A DNA stretch of 64,000 bases from Mustelus asterias (Eukaryota), in contig NW_027590186.1 of NCBI RefSeq assembly GCF_964213995.1, positions 620,001-684,000 on the forward strand, in the 5' to 3' direction. The position numbers were made by a program, and so were the translations under genes. The notes under the pieces are model-generated. The model did not search any database, had not been told where the DNA came from, and saw only the letters and a list, made by a program, of their open reading frames with translations. Below, piece after piece: positions 48,845-61,547 of the stretch (within the stretch, counting starts at the first letter, position 1; each line of letters starts with the position of its first letter).

Positions 48845-50160
48845 ATAGAACATAGAACATTACAGCAGAGTACAGGCCCTTCGGCCCTCGATGTTGCGCC
48901 GACCTGAGAAACCAATCTAAAGCCCATCTAACCTACACTATTCCAATATCATCCATATGTTTATCCAATGACCATTTAAATGCCGTTAATGTTGGCGAGT
49001 CCAGTACTGTTGCAGGCAGGGCATTCCACGCCCTTACCACTCTTTGAGTGAAGAACATAACTCTGACATCTGTCCTATATCTACCACCCCCCAATTTAAA
49101 GCTATGTCCCCTCGTGCTAGCTATCACCATCCGAGGAAAAAGGCTCTCACTATCCACCCTATCTAATCCTCTGATCATCTTATATGCCTCTATTAAGCCT
49201 CCTCTTGACCATCTTCTCTCTAACGAAAACAACCTCAAGTCCCTCAGCCTTTCCTCATAAGACCTTCCCACCAAACCTCGGCACCCTTTCCAATGCATCC
49301 ACATCCTTCCGATAATGTGGTGACCAGAACTGTACGCAATACTCCAAGTGCGGCCGCCCCAGAGTTTTGTACAGCTGCAACATGACCTCCTGGCTCCGAA
49401 ACTCAATTCCTCTACCAATAAAAGCTAACACTCTGTACGCCTTCTTAACAACCCTATCAACCTGGATGCCACCTTTCAGGGATCTCTGCACATGGACACC
49501 GAGATCTCTCTGTTCAGCCACACTACCAAGTATCTTACCATTAGCCCAGTACTCTGTAATCCTGTTACTCCTTCCAAAGTGAATCATCTCACACTTTTCC
49601 GCATTGAACTTCATTTGCCACTTCTCAGCCCAGCACTGCAGCTTATCTATGACCCTCTGTAACCTGAACCAACCTTCCGCACTGTCCACAACTCCACCGA
49701 CCTTATCCACAAATTTACTAACCCATCCTTTTACGCCCTCATCCAGGTCAATAATAAAAATGACAAACAGCAGTGGCCCCAAACAGATCCTTGAGGTACA
49801 CCACGAGTAACTGAACTCCAGGATGAACATTTCCCATCAACCACCACCCTCTGCTTTCTTACAGCTAGCCAATTCCTGATCCAAACCACTAAATCACCCT
49901 CAATCCCATGCCTCTGTATCTTCTGCAATAGATTACCGTGGGGAACCTTATGAAACGCTTTACTGAAATCCATATACACTACATCAACTGCTTTACCCTC
50001 ATCCACCTCTTTGGTCACCTTCTCAAAGAACTCAATAAGTTTTGTGAGGCACGACTTACCTTTCACAAAACCATGTTGACCATCCCTCATCAAATTATTC
50101 CTTTCTAGATGATTATAAATCCTATCTCTTATAATACTTTCCAAAACTTTGCCCACAAAA
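48845..50160 (-). mobile_element. 5'-truncated CR1 LINE
   Basis: Frameshifted RT ORFs across 48933-50174; tail catagaacatagaac. Confidence 0.88.
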
Positions 50161-50379
50161 TCATAAGAATCCATTGTTAATAGGTTTCTCCACAGATGCC
50201 GCCAGGTCTGCTGAGTTTATCCAGTATTTTCAGTTTAAATTTCCCAATTCCAACATCCGCAATATTTTACTTTTCATTCCGGGTGGAACAGTGGTTAGCG
50301 CTGCTGCCTTACACTGCTCGGGACCTGGGTTTGATTCTTGCCTTGGATGACTGCCTGTGCGGAGTCCACCCACTGTGGT

Positions 50380-51395
50380 TGACAGGACTCTTGACCGTGT
50401 CCAACCCATCCCCCAGGCCACTGCTCGCACCCCCTCCCCTCCCTCCCAGAAAGAGGACAGGGTTCCGCTTGTCCTCACTTTTTACCAGACCAGCCTCTGT
50501 GTTCAAAGTATCATCCTCCGCCATTGCTGCCAACTCCAGTATGAAGCCACTCCGCAACACATCATTACCTCACCCCCCACACCCATCAGCATTCCACAAG
50601 GAAAGTTCTCTCTGGGACACGCTGGTCCACGCCTCCATCCCACCCAACATCCCATCCCATGCCCACAGCATCTTCCCGTGCAATGGTAGAAGGTGCAACA
50701 CCTGTCCCTTTACCTCCTCCCTGCTCAGCATCCCAGGTCCTAAACACCCCTTTCAGGTGAAGCAGCGCTTCACATGCATCTCCTTCAATCTGGTCTTTTG
50801 CATTCGCTCCTCCCAATGAAGTCTACTCTACTACATTGGAGAAACCAAACACAAACTGGATGATCACTTTGCTGAACACCTTCAGTCCGTCTGCAAGCAG
50901 GACCCAGAACTTCCAGTTCTTGCCACTTCAACAAACCCCACCCTGCTCTCCTGTCCACATGTCTGTCCTTGGCATTTTGCAATGTTCGAGTGAACCCCAA
51001 CGCAAGCTGGAGGAACAGCACCTCATCTTCCGATTGGGCACTTTACAGCCTTCCGGCCAAAACATTGAGTTCAACAACTTCAGAGCATGAACTCTCCCCT
51101 CAACTTTTATCCACTTTCCATTTATTTTATTTCATTCTGTTTCTTCTTTTCAGCTCATTCACCCATTTTTATCATATTTCTTTCTCACTTCCATTTTTCC
51201 ACCTCTTCATTCCTGCTCTCCTTCTTGCCCCTCCCCCCAACTCCCCCCGCCCCCACTCCTCTTTGAGGACAACTGCCTTAACCACCTTTACCTCTGCTCT
51301 GCTATTCTGATCGCTTAATGGATATTTCTAGCATCTCTCTCAGCCGTCTTTATCCTCATTTGTATTCCCTTTGTCCAATTAGAGCACCCGCCATT
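50380..51395 (+). mobile_element. Penelope-like retroelement 3' body with GIY-YIG endonuclease remnant; terminal repeat resumes at ~53880-53945
   Basis: DRVPLVLTF; CNGRRCNTCPF; FTCISFNLVFCIR; YIGETKHKLDDHFAEHL; RKLEEQHLIFRLGTLQPSGQNIEF. Confidence 0.85.
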
Positions 51396-51397
51396 CC

Positions 51398-53870
51398 AAA
51401 GAACAAAGAACAAAGAACAGTACAGCACAGGAAACAGGCCCTTCGGCCCTCCAAGCCTGTGCCACTCCTTGGTCCAACTAGACCAATCGTTTGCATCCCT
51501 CCATTCCCAGGCTGCTCATGTGAATATCCAGATAAGTCTTAAACGATGTCAGCCTGCCTCCACCACCGTACTTGGCAGCGCATTACAGGCCCCCACCACC
51601 CTCTGTGTAAAAAACATCCCTCTAATATCTGAGTTATACTTCGCCCCTCTCACCTTGAGCCCGTGACCCCTCGTGAACGTCACTTCTGATCTGGGAAAAA
51701 GCTTCCCACCGTTCATCCTATCTATCCCCTTCATAATCTTGTACACCTCTATTAGGTCTCCCCTCATTCTCCGTCTTTCCAGGGAGAACAACCCCAGTTT
51801 ACCCAATCACTCCTCATAGCTAAGACCCTCCATACCAGGCAACATCCTGGTAAACCTTCTCTGCACTCTCTCTAACGCCTCCACGTCCTTCTGGTAGTGC
51901 GGCGACCAGAACTGGACGCAGTACTCCAAATGTGGCCTAACCAGCGTTCTATACAGCTGCATCATCAGACTCCAGCTTTTATACTCTATACCTCGTCGTA
52001 TAAAGGCAAGCATACCATATGCCTTCTTCACCACCTTCTCCACCTATGTTGCCACCTTCAAGGATTTGTGGACTTGCACACCTAGGTCCCTCTGTGTTTC
52101 TATACTCCTGATGACTCTGCCATTTATTGTATAACTCCTCCCTTCATTATTTCTTCCAAAATGCATCACTTCGCATTCATCCAGATTAAACTCCATCTGC
52201 CATCTCTCCGCCCAATTTTCCAGCCTATCTATATCCTGCTGTATTGCCCGACAATGCTCTTCGCTATCCGCAAGTCCAGCCATCTTCGTGTCATCCGCAA
52301 ACTTGCTGATTACACCAGTTACACCTTCTTCCAAATCATTTATATATATCACAAATAGCAGAGGTCCCAGTACAGAGCCCTGCGGAACACCGCTGGTCAC
52401 AGACCTCCAGCCGGAAAAAGACCCTTCGACCACTACCCTCTGTCTCCTATGGCCAAACCAGTTCTCCACCCATCTAGCCACTTCTGCTTGTATCCCATGA
52501 GCCTTAACCTTCTTAACCAACCTGCCATGTGGGACTTTGTCAAATGCCTTACTGAAATCCATATAGACGACATCCACGGCCCTTCCTTCATCAACCGTTT
52601 TTGTCACTTCCTCAAAAAACTCCACCAAATTTGTAAGGCACGACCTCCCTCTTACAAAACCATGCTGTCTGTCACTAATGAGATTGTTCCGTTCTAAATG
52701 CACATACATCCTGTCTCTAAGAATCCTTTCCAACAACTTCCCTACCACGGACGTCAAGCTCACCGGCCTATAATTTCCTGGGTTATCCCTGCTACCGTTC
52801 TTAAACAACGGGACCACATTCGCTATCCTCCAATCCTCAGAGACCTCACCCGTGTCCAAAGAAGCGACAAAGATTTCCGTCAGAGGCCCAGCAATTTCAT
52901 CTCTCGTCTCCTTGAGCAGTCGAGGATAGATGCCATCAGGCCCTGGGGCTTTGTCAGTTTTAATGTTCCCTAAAAAACCTAACAATTGCTCTCTTGTAAT
53001 GGAGATTTTCTCTAACGGGTCAACACCATCCTCCGAGACACTCCCGGTAAACACACACCTCTCCGATGCAAAGTATTCATTTAGGATCTCCCCTATTCCC
53101 TTGGGTTCTAAGCATAATTCCCCTCCTTTGTCCCTGAGAGGTCCGATTTTCTCCCTGACAACTCTTTTGTTCCTAACGTATGAATAGAATGCCTTAGGAT
53201 TCTCCTTAATCCTGCCTGCCAAGAACATCTCGTGACCTCCTTTTGCCCTTCTAACTCCCCGTTTGAGTTCTTTCCTACTCTCTCTGTATTCCTCCAGAGC
53301 TCCATCTGTTTTCTGTTGCCTGGACTTAACGTACGCCTCCCTTTTCATTTTAATCAGATCCTCAATTTCCCTGGTTATCCACGGCTCTCGAATCCTACCT
53401 TTCCTATCTTTCCTTTTTACAGGCACATGCCTATCCTGCAGCCTTATCAATACTTCCTTAAAAGACTCCCACATGCCAGAAGCGGACTCACCCTCGAACA
53501 TCCTCTACCAATCAACATCCACCAATTCCTGCCTAATCCGGCTATAGTTAGCCTTCCCCCAATTTTGCACCCTGCCCGTAGGACAGCACTCATCCTTGTC
53601 CATTACTATCCTAAAGTTAACAGAGTTGTGGTCACTATTTGCCACATATTCCCCTACCGAAACTTTGACGACCTGACCGGGCTCATTTCCCAGAACTCGG
53701 TCCAGTATAGCCCCCTCTCTAGTCGGGCTATCTTACATACTGTTCCAAAGAACCTTCCAGCACGCATTTTACAAATTCCTCCCCGTCCGGACCCCAGCTC
53801 TCAGCACTTTCCAGTCTGTGCCAGCGAAATTAAAGTCCCCCACTACAACAACCCTATTTTTTCCAACCTC
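51398..53870 (-). mobile_element. 5'-truncated CR1 LINE inserted in the Penelope-like element
   Basis: ORF2 frame 51549-53501 with two stops; (ttctttg)n tail. Confidence 0.9.
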
Positions 53871-54700
53871 ATAATTTAAATCTTTTCTGCTTTTCTTTGC
53901 TCTTCGCTCTGATGAAGGGTCATCCAGACTTGAATCGTTGGCTCGTTACTCAATATTTGTTTCGTTATTCGATATTAAATATTAATACATGTATTTAATA
54001 CATACATCTTCATTCTGAATTGAATATCTCGGGAATATGCAACATTGCATTGCAAACATGATTGACAAATAAAATAAATCGAGTCACTGGGTAACACACA
54101 TCCCATGGTGCCTATTTGAGACAGTCAGCTTTTAAACAAAATCAAGTATCTTTAAAGGGAAAAGATTTAAGAATGATTTGCTCGTTATACTTGATCCCTC
54201 TTGATTCTGCATGTGAAACATTCTGGCGCCTAAATCCCGTTCACCAGTCGGAAAGTCCAGCAGATCTACGCTGAGTTTCGATTTACTCATCTGCCTGAGT
54301 GATTTTTTTCCCATTTCTTTATTATGAGGAACAATTTTAAAAATATGCTTCCGGGAAATGTGCGTCATTTCCTTTAGTTCAGTTACAGTTTCACTTGTGT
54401 CTGTCTTTATGAGCACACACTACTATTACACATGTTTCAGATGATGATTAACTATGTTAGTCTGCATTTATAAAACCATTAAATTCTGTTATGGACTGAA
54501 CAATTTGCTCAGATGCGCACGGTGTCAAAGTACAAACATTTATTTCCTCACTGCGTCTTAAATTACAGCATTTCTGATTTTGCTGAAAGCATTTGTGGCC
54601 GAGTTCAGAGCAAAGATAACATGGCTGCAACATGGAGAATCGGATAATGTTCAGCAAACAACTACCATGCAAAACTTGCCTCACACTGAATGACGATGAA

Positions 54701-54773
54701 TATTGCTGCCCGGTTTCGAACCGGGGACTTTTCGCGTGTGAAGCGAACGTGATAACCACTACACTACAGAAAC
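54701..54773 (-). tRNA. tRNA-Val(CAC), near-intact with an acceptor-stem mismatch
   Basis: GTTTCTGTAGTGTAGTGGTTATCACGTTCGCTTCACACGCGAAAAGTCCCCGGTTCGAAACCGGGCAGCAATA, 73 nt; intact A and B boxes; anticodon CAC. Confidence 0.85.
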
Positions 54774-55802
54774 AACTGTTTGTATTGCGCCGCCAATTGG
54801 CCTGGCCACAGTGTTCAACTCCACTGTGTTGCTGCAGGTTCGAATGGTTATCCGGAGAGCCCATGTCACTGAATACAAGACAAAAATCGTTTCTTTCAAC
54901 CTGATTTCTCAAGTTATCTTGAACTTCAACCTTTAAAAGCGGTCGTCGGGCAAATATCGAAGGAAGCAATGATTTCTGCTCAATCATTAATGCATCATTC
55001 TCATCTTCCTTCGAATAATTTCAACCAGTTCTACCCAGTATTTGTTCGTTGTTCAATGTTTAATATTAATATATTTTTATTAATTACATATCTCCTCATT
55101 CTGAATGACATATCTCCGAAATAGACAACATTCAATTTCAAACATGACTGACCAACGAAAGGAATCGAATCACTGGGTAATACACATGTCACGGTGCTTC
55201 ATTGAGATTGACCACAATCAGCTTTTAAACAAAATCAAATATCTTTAAAGGGAATAGATTTAAGAATGACTTGTTAGTTATACTTGATCCCTCTTTATTC
55301 TGTGTGTGAAACACTCAGGCATCTAAATCCTGTTCAGCTGTGGGAAAGTCCAGTAGATCCGCACTGATTCTCGATTTCCTCAACTGTCTGAGTGGTTTTC
55401 CCTCTTTGTTTCCTCTGAAGAATGATGTTAAAATAATGGTTCCGCGCAATGTGCGTCATTTCCTCTAGTTCAGTTACAGTTTCACTTGTCTCTGCCTTTT
55501 TGAGCACACAATACTATTAGACATGGTTCAGATGATGATTAACTTTGTTAGTCTGCATCAACAAAGCCATTAAATTCTGTTGTGGACTGAATGAGTTGCT
55601 GATATGTCCACGGTGTCAAAACAGCAACATCTATTTCCTCTCATTAAGTCATAAAAATACAAGATCTCTGATTTTGCTGAAAGATTTTGAGGCCGAGGAC
55701 AGAGCAAAGATAACATGGCTTTAATATTGAGTTTCGGATAATGTTCAGCAACAAATTTCAATCATGTAAACTTCCCTCACTCTTAATGAACAAATGTTAA
55801 TA

Positions 55803-55875
55803 ATATTTCGGCATGGTTTTGAACTAGGGACTTTTGTGTGTGAGGCGAATGCAACCACCATTACACTACAGAAAC
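55803..55875 (-). pseudogene. tRNA-Val(CAC) pseudogene
   Basis: GTTTCTGTAGTGTAATGGTGGTTGCATTCGCCTCACACACAAAAGTCCCTAGTTCAAAACC..., with many CpG-type transitions breaking the stems. Confidence 0.8.
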
Positions 55876-55965
55876 TGCTGGCGTCTGTAGGACACAATGG
55901 AACTCTCTTGAAATGTTGCAACATTCATTGGGACTGCTGTAGACATCTTGATCCAAGAATGACTT

Positions 55966-57350
55966 TGATTTGATTTGATTTATTATTGTCACATGTATTA
56001 ACATACAGTGAAAAATATTGTTCCTTGCGCTCTACAGACAAAACATACCGTTCATAGAGAAGGAAATGAGAGTGTGCAGAATGCAGTGTTACAGTCATAG
56101 CGAGGGTGAAGAGAAAGATCAACTTAATGCAAGGTAAATCTATTTAAAAGTTTGGCAGCAGCAGGGAAGAAGCTATTCTTGAGTCGGTTGGTACGTGACC
56201 TCAGACTTTTGTATCTTTTTCCCGAAGGAAGAAGGTGAAGGAGAGAATGTCCGGGGTGCATGGGGTCCTTAATTATGCTGGCTGTTTTGCCCAGGAAGCG
56301 GGAAGTGTAGACAGAGTCAATGGATGGGAGGCTGGTTTGTGTGATAGATTGGGCACATTCATGACCTTTTATAGTTCCTTGCAGTCTTGGGTAGAACAGG
56401 AGCCATACCAAGCTATGATACAACCAGAAAAAATGCTTTCTATGGTGCATCTGTAAAAGTTGGTGAGAGTCGTAGCTGACATGCCAAATTTCCTTCGTCT
56501 TCTGAGAAAGTAGAGGTGTTGGTGGGCTTTCTTAACTATACTGTCGGCATGGGGGGGACCAGGACAGATAGTTGGTGATCTGGACACCTAAAAACCTGAA
56601 GCTCTCGACCTTTTCTACTTCGTCCCGTTGATGTAGACAGGGGCATGTTCTCCTTTACGCTTCCTGAAGTCGATGAGAATCTCCTTCGTTTTGTTGACAT
56701 TGAGGGAGAGATTATTGTTGTCGCACCAGTTCACCAGATTCTCTACCTCATTCCTGAACTCTGTCTCATCATTGTTTGAGATCCGACCCACTACGGTGGT
56801 GTCGTCAGCAAACGTGAAAATCGAATTGGAGAGGCATTTGGCCACACAGTCATACGTATATTAGGAGTGTAGTAGGGGGCTGAGAACACAGCCTTGTGGG
56901 CCACCAGTGTTGAGGACGATCGTGGAGGAGGTGTGATTGCCTATCCTTACAGATTGTGGTTTGTGAGTTAGGAAGTTTAGGATCCAGTCACAGAGGAGGT
57001 GCTGAGGCACAGGCCACGGAGTTTGGAGATGAGTTTCGTGGGAATAATAGTGTTGAAGGCTGAGCTGTATTCAACAAATATGAGTCTGTCCTTGTTATCT
57101 AGGTGATCCAGGGTTGAGTGCAAGGCCAGGGAAATGCCGTCTGCTGTGGACCTGTTGCGGTGGTAGGCAACTGTAGTGGATCCAGGTAGTCCGGGAGGCT
57201 GTAATTGATTCGTACCGTGACAAACCTTTCAAAGCACTTCATCATGATGGATGTCAGAGCCACCGGCCGATAGTCATTAAGACACGCTGCTTGATTTTTC
57301 TTAGGTACCGGGATGATGGTCATCTTCTTGAAGAAGATAGGGACCTCAGA
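55966..57350 (-). mobile_element. Rex1/Babar-type LINE, 5'-truncated
   Basis: IIPVPKK..CLNDYRPVALTS, FADDTTVVGRI and RTNRLKNSFFP; (aaatc)n tail. Confidence 0.88.
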
Positions 57351-57950
57351 TTGTTGTAATGATTGAAAATGGTTGACAATGGCAGAGAACAATAAGAGTC
57401 CCTTCGACCCACCATGCCTATGCCAGTTATTTTATGACGAGCTACCAAACTGACGTGTCGGTGCGGGCTTGGTGGGCCGAAGGGCCTGTTCCTGTGTTGC
57501 ACTGTTCTTTGCTCTCATTTCAGTTTCCTCCTCTCATTCCATGAAGCTGATTTTTCTCCCTTTCAAGTCATTGGCCAATCCCCATTTGAAGAAGGAGTTT
57601 CTGTGGAATCCATGTACAGTTTGCTTTAAGTTACAACGTTTCACTGACCCAATGGCATGAAGTATTGGATATAGCTTCCCAATATAGTTTTCAATGTAAA
57701 CATATATTTACAAATTTACAAAATTTACAAAACGAGTTTAATCGGATGAAGCATCTCCCCATTATTTCTGAATTATATATAATATAACTAATTAACTCCA
57801 CAACTTTCCAGAGTATGGAATATAACAGAGGAGAATGAATCACCTATACCTGAAGCAGTCTCCTTGTGTTGTCCTCCTGTGTCCCGAACATCCGATCTGG
57901 CAACCTCGAGAATGGGTGGGGAATCTGTCTTACCGACACTGACCTCACAC

Positions 57951-58240
57951 GGGGTGGCACGGTAGCACAGTGGCACACTGCTGCCTCACAGCGACAGGGA
58001 CTCGGGTTCGATTCCTGGCTTGGGTCTGAGTGGAGTTTGCACGTCCTTCCTGTGTCTGTGTGGATTTGCTCCAGTTTCCTTCCACAGTCCGAAAGATGTG
58101 CTGGTTAGGTGCATTCCCACGCTAAATTTCTCCCTTCGTGTACCCGAACAGTTGGCGAAGTGTGGCGACTAGGGGATTTTCACAGTAACTTCATTGCAGT
58201 ATTAATGTAATCCAGTTGTGACATTAATAAATAAACTTTA
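57951..58240 (+). mobile_element. HE1/V-SINE-type SINE
   Basis: ggggtggcacggtagcacagtgg...gggttcgattcc head followed by the V-SINE core. Confidence 0.8.
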
Positions 58241-58864
58241 AACATGATACGGACACATGCAGATATGTTTGGCTGTAAAAATAAATACATCCATTATTGC
58301 CTATTCTCCAAAAGTGTCCACTGTTGAGTCATCAATCAATGATCACCATTGATGAGAAATAGATTTCTGGCTGTTCCTTGTTGCTAAAATGGGCAGTTCC
58401 ATCGCAATGAATATCTAACACGGTATTGCCGCACTGACACGACCCCAGGGAATTCCAGTTCAGGAAGTTTACTCTGGAACTAGTACGTTTTTGACATTGT
58501 CCATGGGTGAACTTCTCTTGAGTGTGTCAGTGGATGTGTTAATCTGTTTGTTTATTTTCCTCAGTGATTGTCTGTGTGTCTATGTTTGAGTCGATCAGTT
58601 TGAGAATCGATCACTGTGTTTACTTGTCCCTGTGTCTATGCTTTTGTTGATTCTGTGCGGTATACGAGGCTTCTAGTGAACACGGAGTTGGAGTTATTCA
58701 TGTATTTTCATAGTTAGCAACTCAGACTAATGTGTCAGAAATCTACAGAATAATTCTGGATTTATAACGAGGGACATTGGAATTGATGTCTGTGTCTGGG
58801 CTTTTATCGATATGTTTATATATCCTGACACGTGTTGGTCTTTGCACGTGGCCGTGTGTGTATC

Positions 58865-59110
58865 TGCTCTCCCCGTGTCTGCGTGGGTTTCCTCCGTGTG
58901 CTCCAGTTTCCTCCAACAGTCCGAAAAGATGTGCAGGTTAGTTTGACTGGCCATGATAAACTGACCCTAGTGTCAGGGGGATTAGCGGGGTTAATGTATG
59001 AGGTTACGGGAAGAGGGCCTGGGTAGGTTTGTGATCGGTACAGACTCGTTGGGCCGAATGGCATTTTTCTGTACTGTACAAATTCTATGATTCTATGATT
59101 CTATGATTCT
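58865..59110 (+). mobile_element. HE1-type SINE 3' part
   Basis: ccccgtgtctgcgtgggtttcctcc core; (attctatg)n tail. Confidence 0.85.
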
Positions 59111-59388
59111 ATTATCTGGATATGTATCTATCAGCCTTTACAGGTGACCGTGTGTGTATCTGTTTCCAATATGCGGCATTGCTGTCCACGGGAGGGCGCT
59201 CTCTGATCACTTATGAAAAATCACGATTCCCTTCGAGAGGAAGCGTCTGTTTGAAGATGTAAAAATGGGCGGAGAGACGAAGTGACTTTCGGCCTCATAC
59301 CATTCCACTGACTGTTTCAACTTCTCCATTTCCAGGTCTTATGCAGACAGTGATCACTGCCTCTGTTTCTGGTGTTCAGACTGGAACT

Positions 59389-60105
59389 ATGGGGGTGAAA
59401 GTCTGTCTGTCTCTGGTTATTGTCCTGATGATGTGGAGATGCCGGCGTTGGACTGGGGTAAACACAATAAGAAGTTTAACAACACCAGCTTAAAGTCCAA
59501 CAGGTTTATTTGGTAGCAAAAGCCACACAAGCTGTCGGAGCTCCAAGCCCCTTCACTCACCTGAAGAAGGGGCTTGGAGCTCCGAAAGCTTGTGTGGCTT
59601 TTGCTACCAAATAAACCTGTTGGACTTTAACCTGGTGTTGTGAAACTTCTTATTGTCCTGCTCACAGGACGGTCATTTTGAACCTTTGACTGAAATCCGC
59701 CAATCACCATATTAATTGCCCATTTCCATTTCTAGGCGATTATTCCGTTGTTGTTACTCCTTCTAAACCGCTGCGCGTCTGTTGTCTATTTTCAGAGATG
59801 AGTAACGGCGACTCAGTGTCCCAGTCAGAACCAAGAGTTGAAGCAGCAGAGGGTGAAGATTCAGCAATACCCTGCAGTTACTCTGTATCGAGTTTAGCTA
59901 CAGTCTATGTCCTGTTCTGGTATCGCCAGTATCCACACCGAGCTCCTCAGTATCTGCTCAGAGCCGAGAGTTATGGATTTACCGATACGGCTCCCGGCTT
60001 TAAACATTTCAGCTGGAATCTCAGCGAGACACAAAGCACTTTTCACTTGTCCATGAAAGATTTGAAGATGACAGATAACGCCCTGTATTACTGTGCACTG
60101 AGACC
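59389..60105 (+). pseudogene. TCR alpha/delta V segment 1: intact V exon (59796-60105), disrupted leader exon (59389-59667)
   Basis: Leader MGVKVCLSLVIVL[insert]LT G|gacggt (donor GA, not GT). V exon MSNGDSVSQSEPRVEAAEGEDSAIPCSYS...WYRQYPHRAPQYLL...TDNALYYCALRP. Confidence 0.88.
59428..59649. mobile_element. Palindromic Penelope-like terminal element inserted in a TCR V leader exon
   Basis: Near-identical to 39187-39422 in the opposite orientation; target duplication ttattgtcctg at 59417-59427 and 59650-59660. Confidence 0.82.
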
Positions 60106-60144
60106 CACACTGAATGAGGATCCCGCGGGCTTCGTACAAAAACT
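60106..60144 (+). promoter_or_regulatory. 23-RSS of TCR V1
   Basis: CACACTG + 23 nt + ACAAAAACT. Confidence 0.9.
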
Positions 60145-61070
60145 GGCGCAGGTCCTCAATCAATGGTTCCTTGTCCGCAAAACACATTGCATTGAATTTC
60201 AGAGAAAATGTACAGATGATGAACCTGACAATGCTGCCCCAGCTGAGTGGCTTTCCCTCCCTAACGTCAGTGATTGTCACTGTTGGGGAAATGTGACATT
60301 TGGCGCTCAGATTATTCCTGGATAAATCCAATCATTTCCTGATCCCAATCACAAAACCCACAGATGTCCCGAGTGAATAACTTAATAAATCAGTACTTCC
60401 CATCTTTCTGTATCAGATGCCTATCTGTCAGGGGAACCTGTTAAATGTGATCCAATATTAAAGGCACACTGAGAGTTGTCACATTCTGAAGTTTCTGGAC
60501 AGAAATCATGACTGATTGAATCAGTACTTTCCCAGTATAAGAGTAATCCCAGTGGAAATGCAAGTCAATGTGGACTTGGGTGATTACTTATCCCCGGTAT
60601 AAATAAAGCAGTAGCTACTATTATGTTCATGCAGTGGATGCACTCATTAATACCCGCAGAGTAAATGAGGGTAAATTATTTATTTCACTTTTAACTTTAT
60701 TTAGAAAGAAAAATCTATCTATAAAAAGGGGGACATTGAGTTCGAATGAAAGAGGGTTAACCGAGAAAGAGACAGTGTAACTGATAATGTTATTCACCTC
60801 TCATGGAGAGAGAAAGAGCGTGAGAAAAACACACACAGCCCGGGATGGAATGTGTTTGGAGGGAGCCAGCTGTGTTTAGTCCTCCACTAACAGTGTTTGG
60901 TCCACAGCTGACGTTATCTCAAGGGGACCAGCCAATTGCAACACTGGGAAAACCCCCCAATTTGCCAATTATTGAAGCTGCCTCTGGTCTGAGTTTACTC
61001 CGTGATATAAGACTAGAAGCAACAACATATTTTAAACAGTGTCGCTGTTTACTGTCCATTCAGGAACCAC

Positions 61071-61510
61071 ATGTTCCCTGCGTGTTCTACTGATAATAAT
61101 GGACATGCTGCCCCGTGAGTCTGAGCTCAAATCCTCAGTGTGTGTTCAATGGGTTATATTCACTCACAGATTTCTCACACAGTCTATATGTTGTTACAGG
61201 AACCAATGGCCAAACTTCAGTTTCCCAGGAGCCGCCTGAATTAACGGTTCAGGAAGTACAGACGGTAATTTTGAACTGCAGTTATAAAGCTAAATACATT
61301 GACCAAACTCTATTCTGGTACATCCTGTATCCCGGAGAAGCTCCGAGATATTTATTGAAAAGTTACGGCCAGGGGAAGGGGGATAAGTCTCCTGATTTTT
61401 CGGACCAGTTTTCTGCTAATTTGGACAGAGACAAGAAAACAGCTCCATTAAATATCACCGGGGTCCGTGTCTCTGACTCTGCCGTGTATCTGTAACAGTG
61501 TGCGCTGAAC
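61071..61510 (+). pseudogene. TCR alpha/delta V segment 2 pseudogene (leader 61071-61114, V exon from 61200)
   Basis: Leader M(+1 frameshift)SLRVLLIIMDMLP C|gtgagt; V exon TNGQTSVSQEPPELTVQEVQTVILNCSYK...WYILYPGEAPRYLL...SDSAVYL*QCALN with a stop at 61493-61495. Confidence 0.88.
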
Positions 61511-61547
61511 CGCAGTTACAGAGTCACAGTTAGTCCGTACAAAAACC
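61511..61547 (+). promoter_or_regulatory. Degenerate 23-type RSS of TCR V2
   Basis: CGCAGTT + 21 nt + consensus ACAAAAACC; the heptamer CAC is broken and the spacer is short. Confidence 0.65.

Larger units (their letters stand above)
53950..55875. repeat. ~1.1-kb tandem duplication, each unit carrying a tRNA-Val copy
   Basis: ~53950-54773 aligns by eye with ~55040-55875 (e.g. cagcttttaaacaaaatcaa, agttcagttacagtttcacttgt, cagagcaaagataacatggct); tRNA offset 1102 bp. Confidence 0.88.

Noticed and set aside
57951-58020. tRNA-like A/B boxes
   Set aside because: They are the head of a SINE, not a tRNA gene.
61525-61547. CACAGTT as the heptamer of the V2 RSS
   Set aside because: The spacer to the nonamer is only 7 nt.
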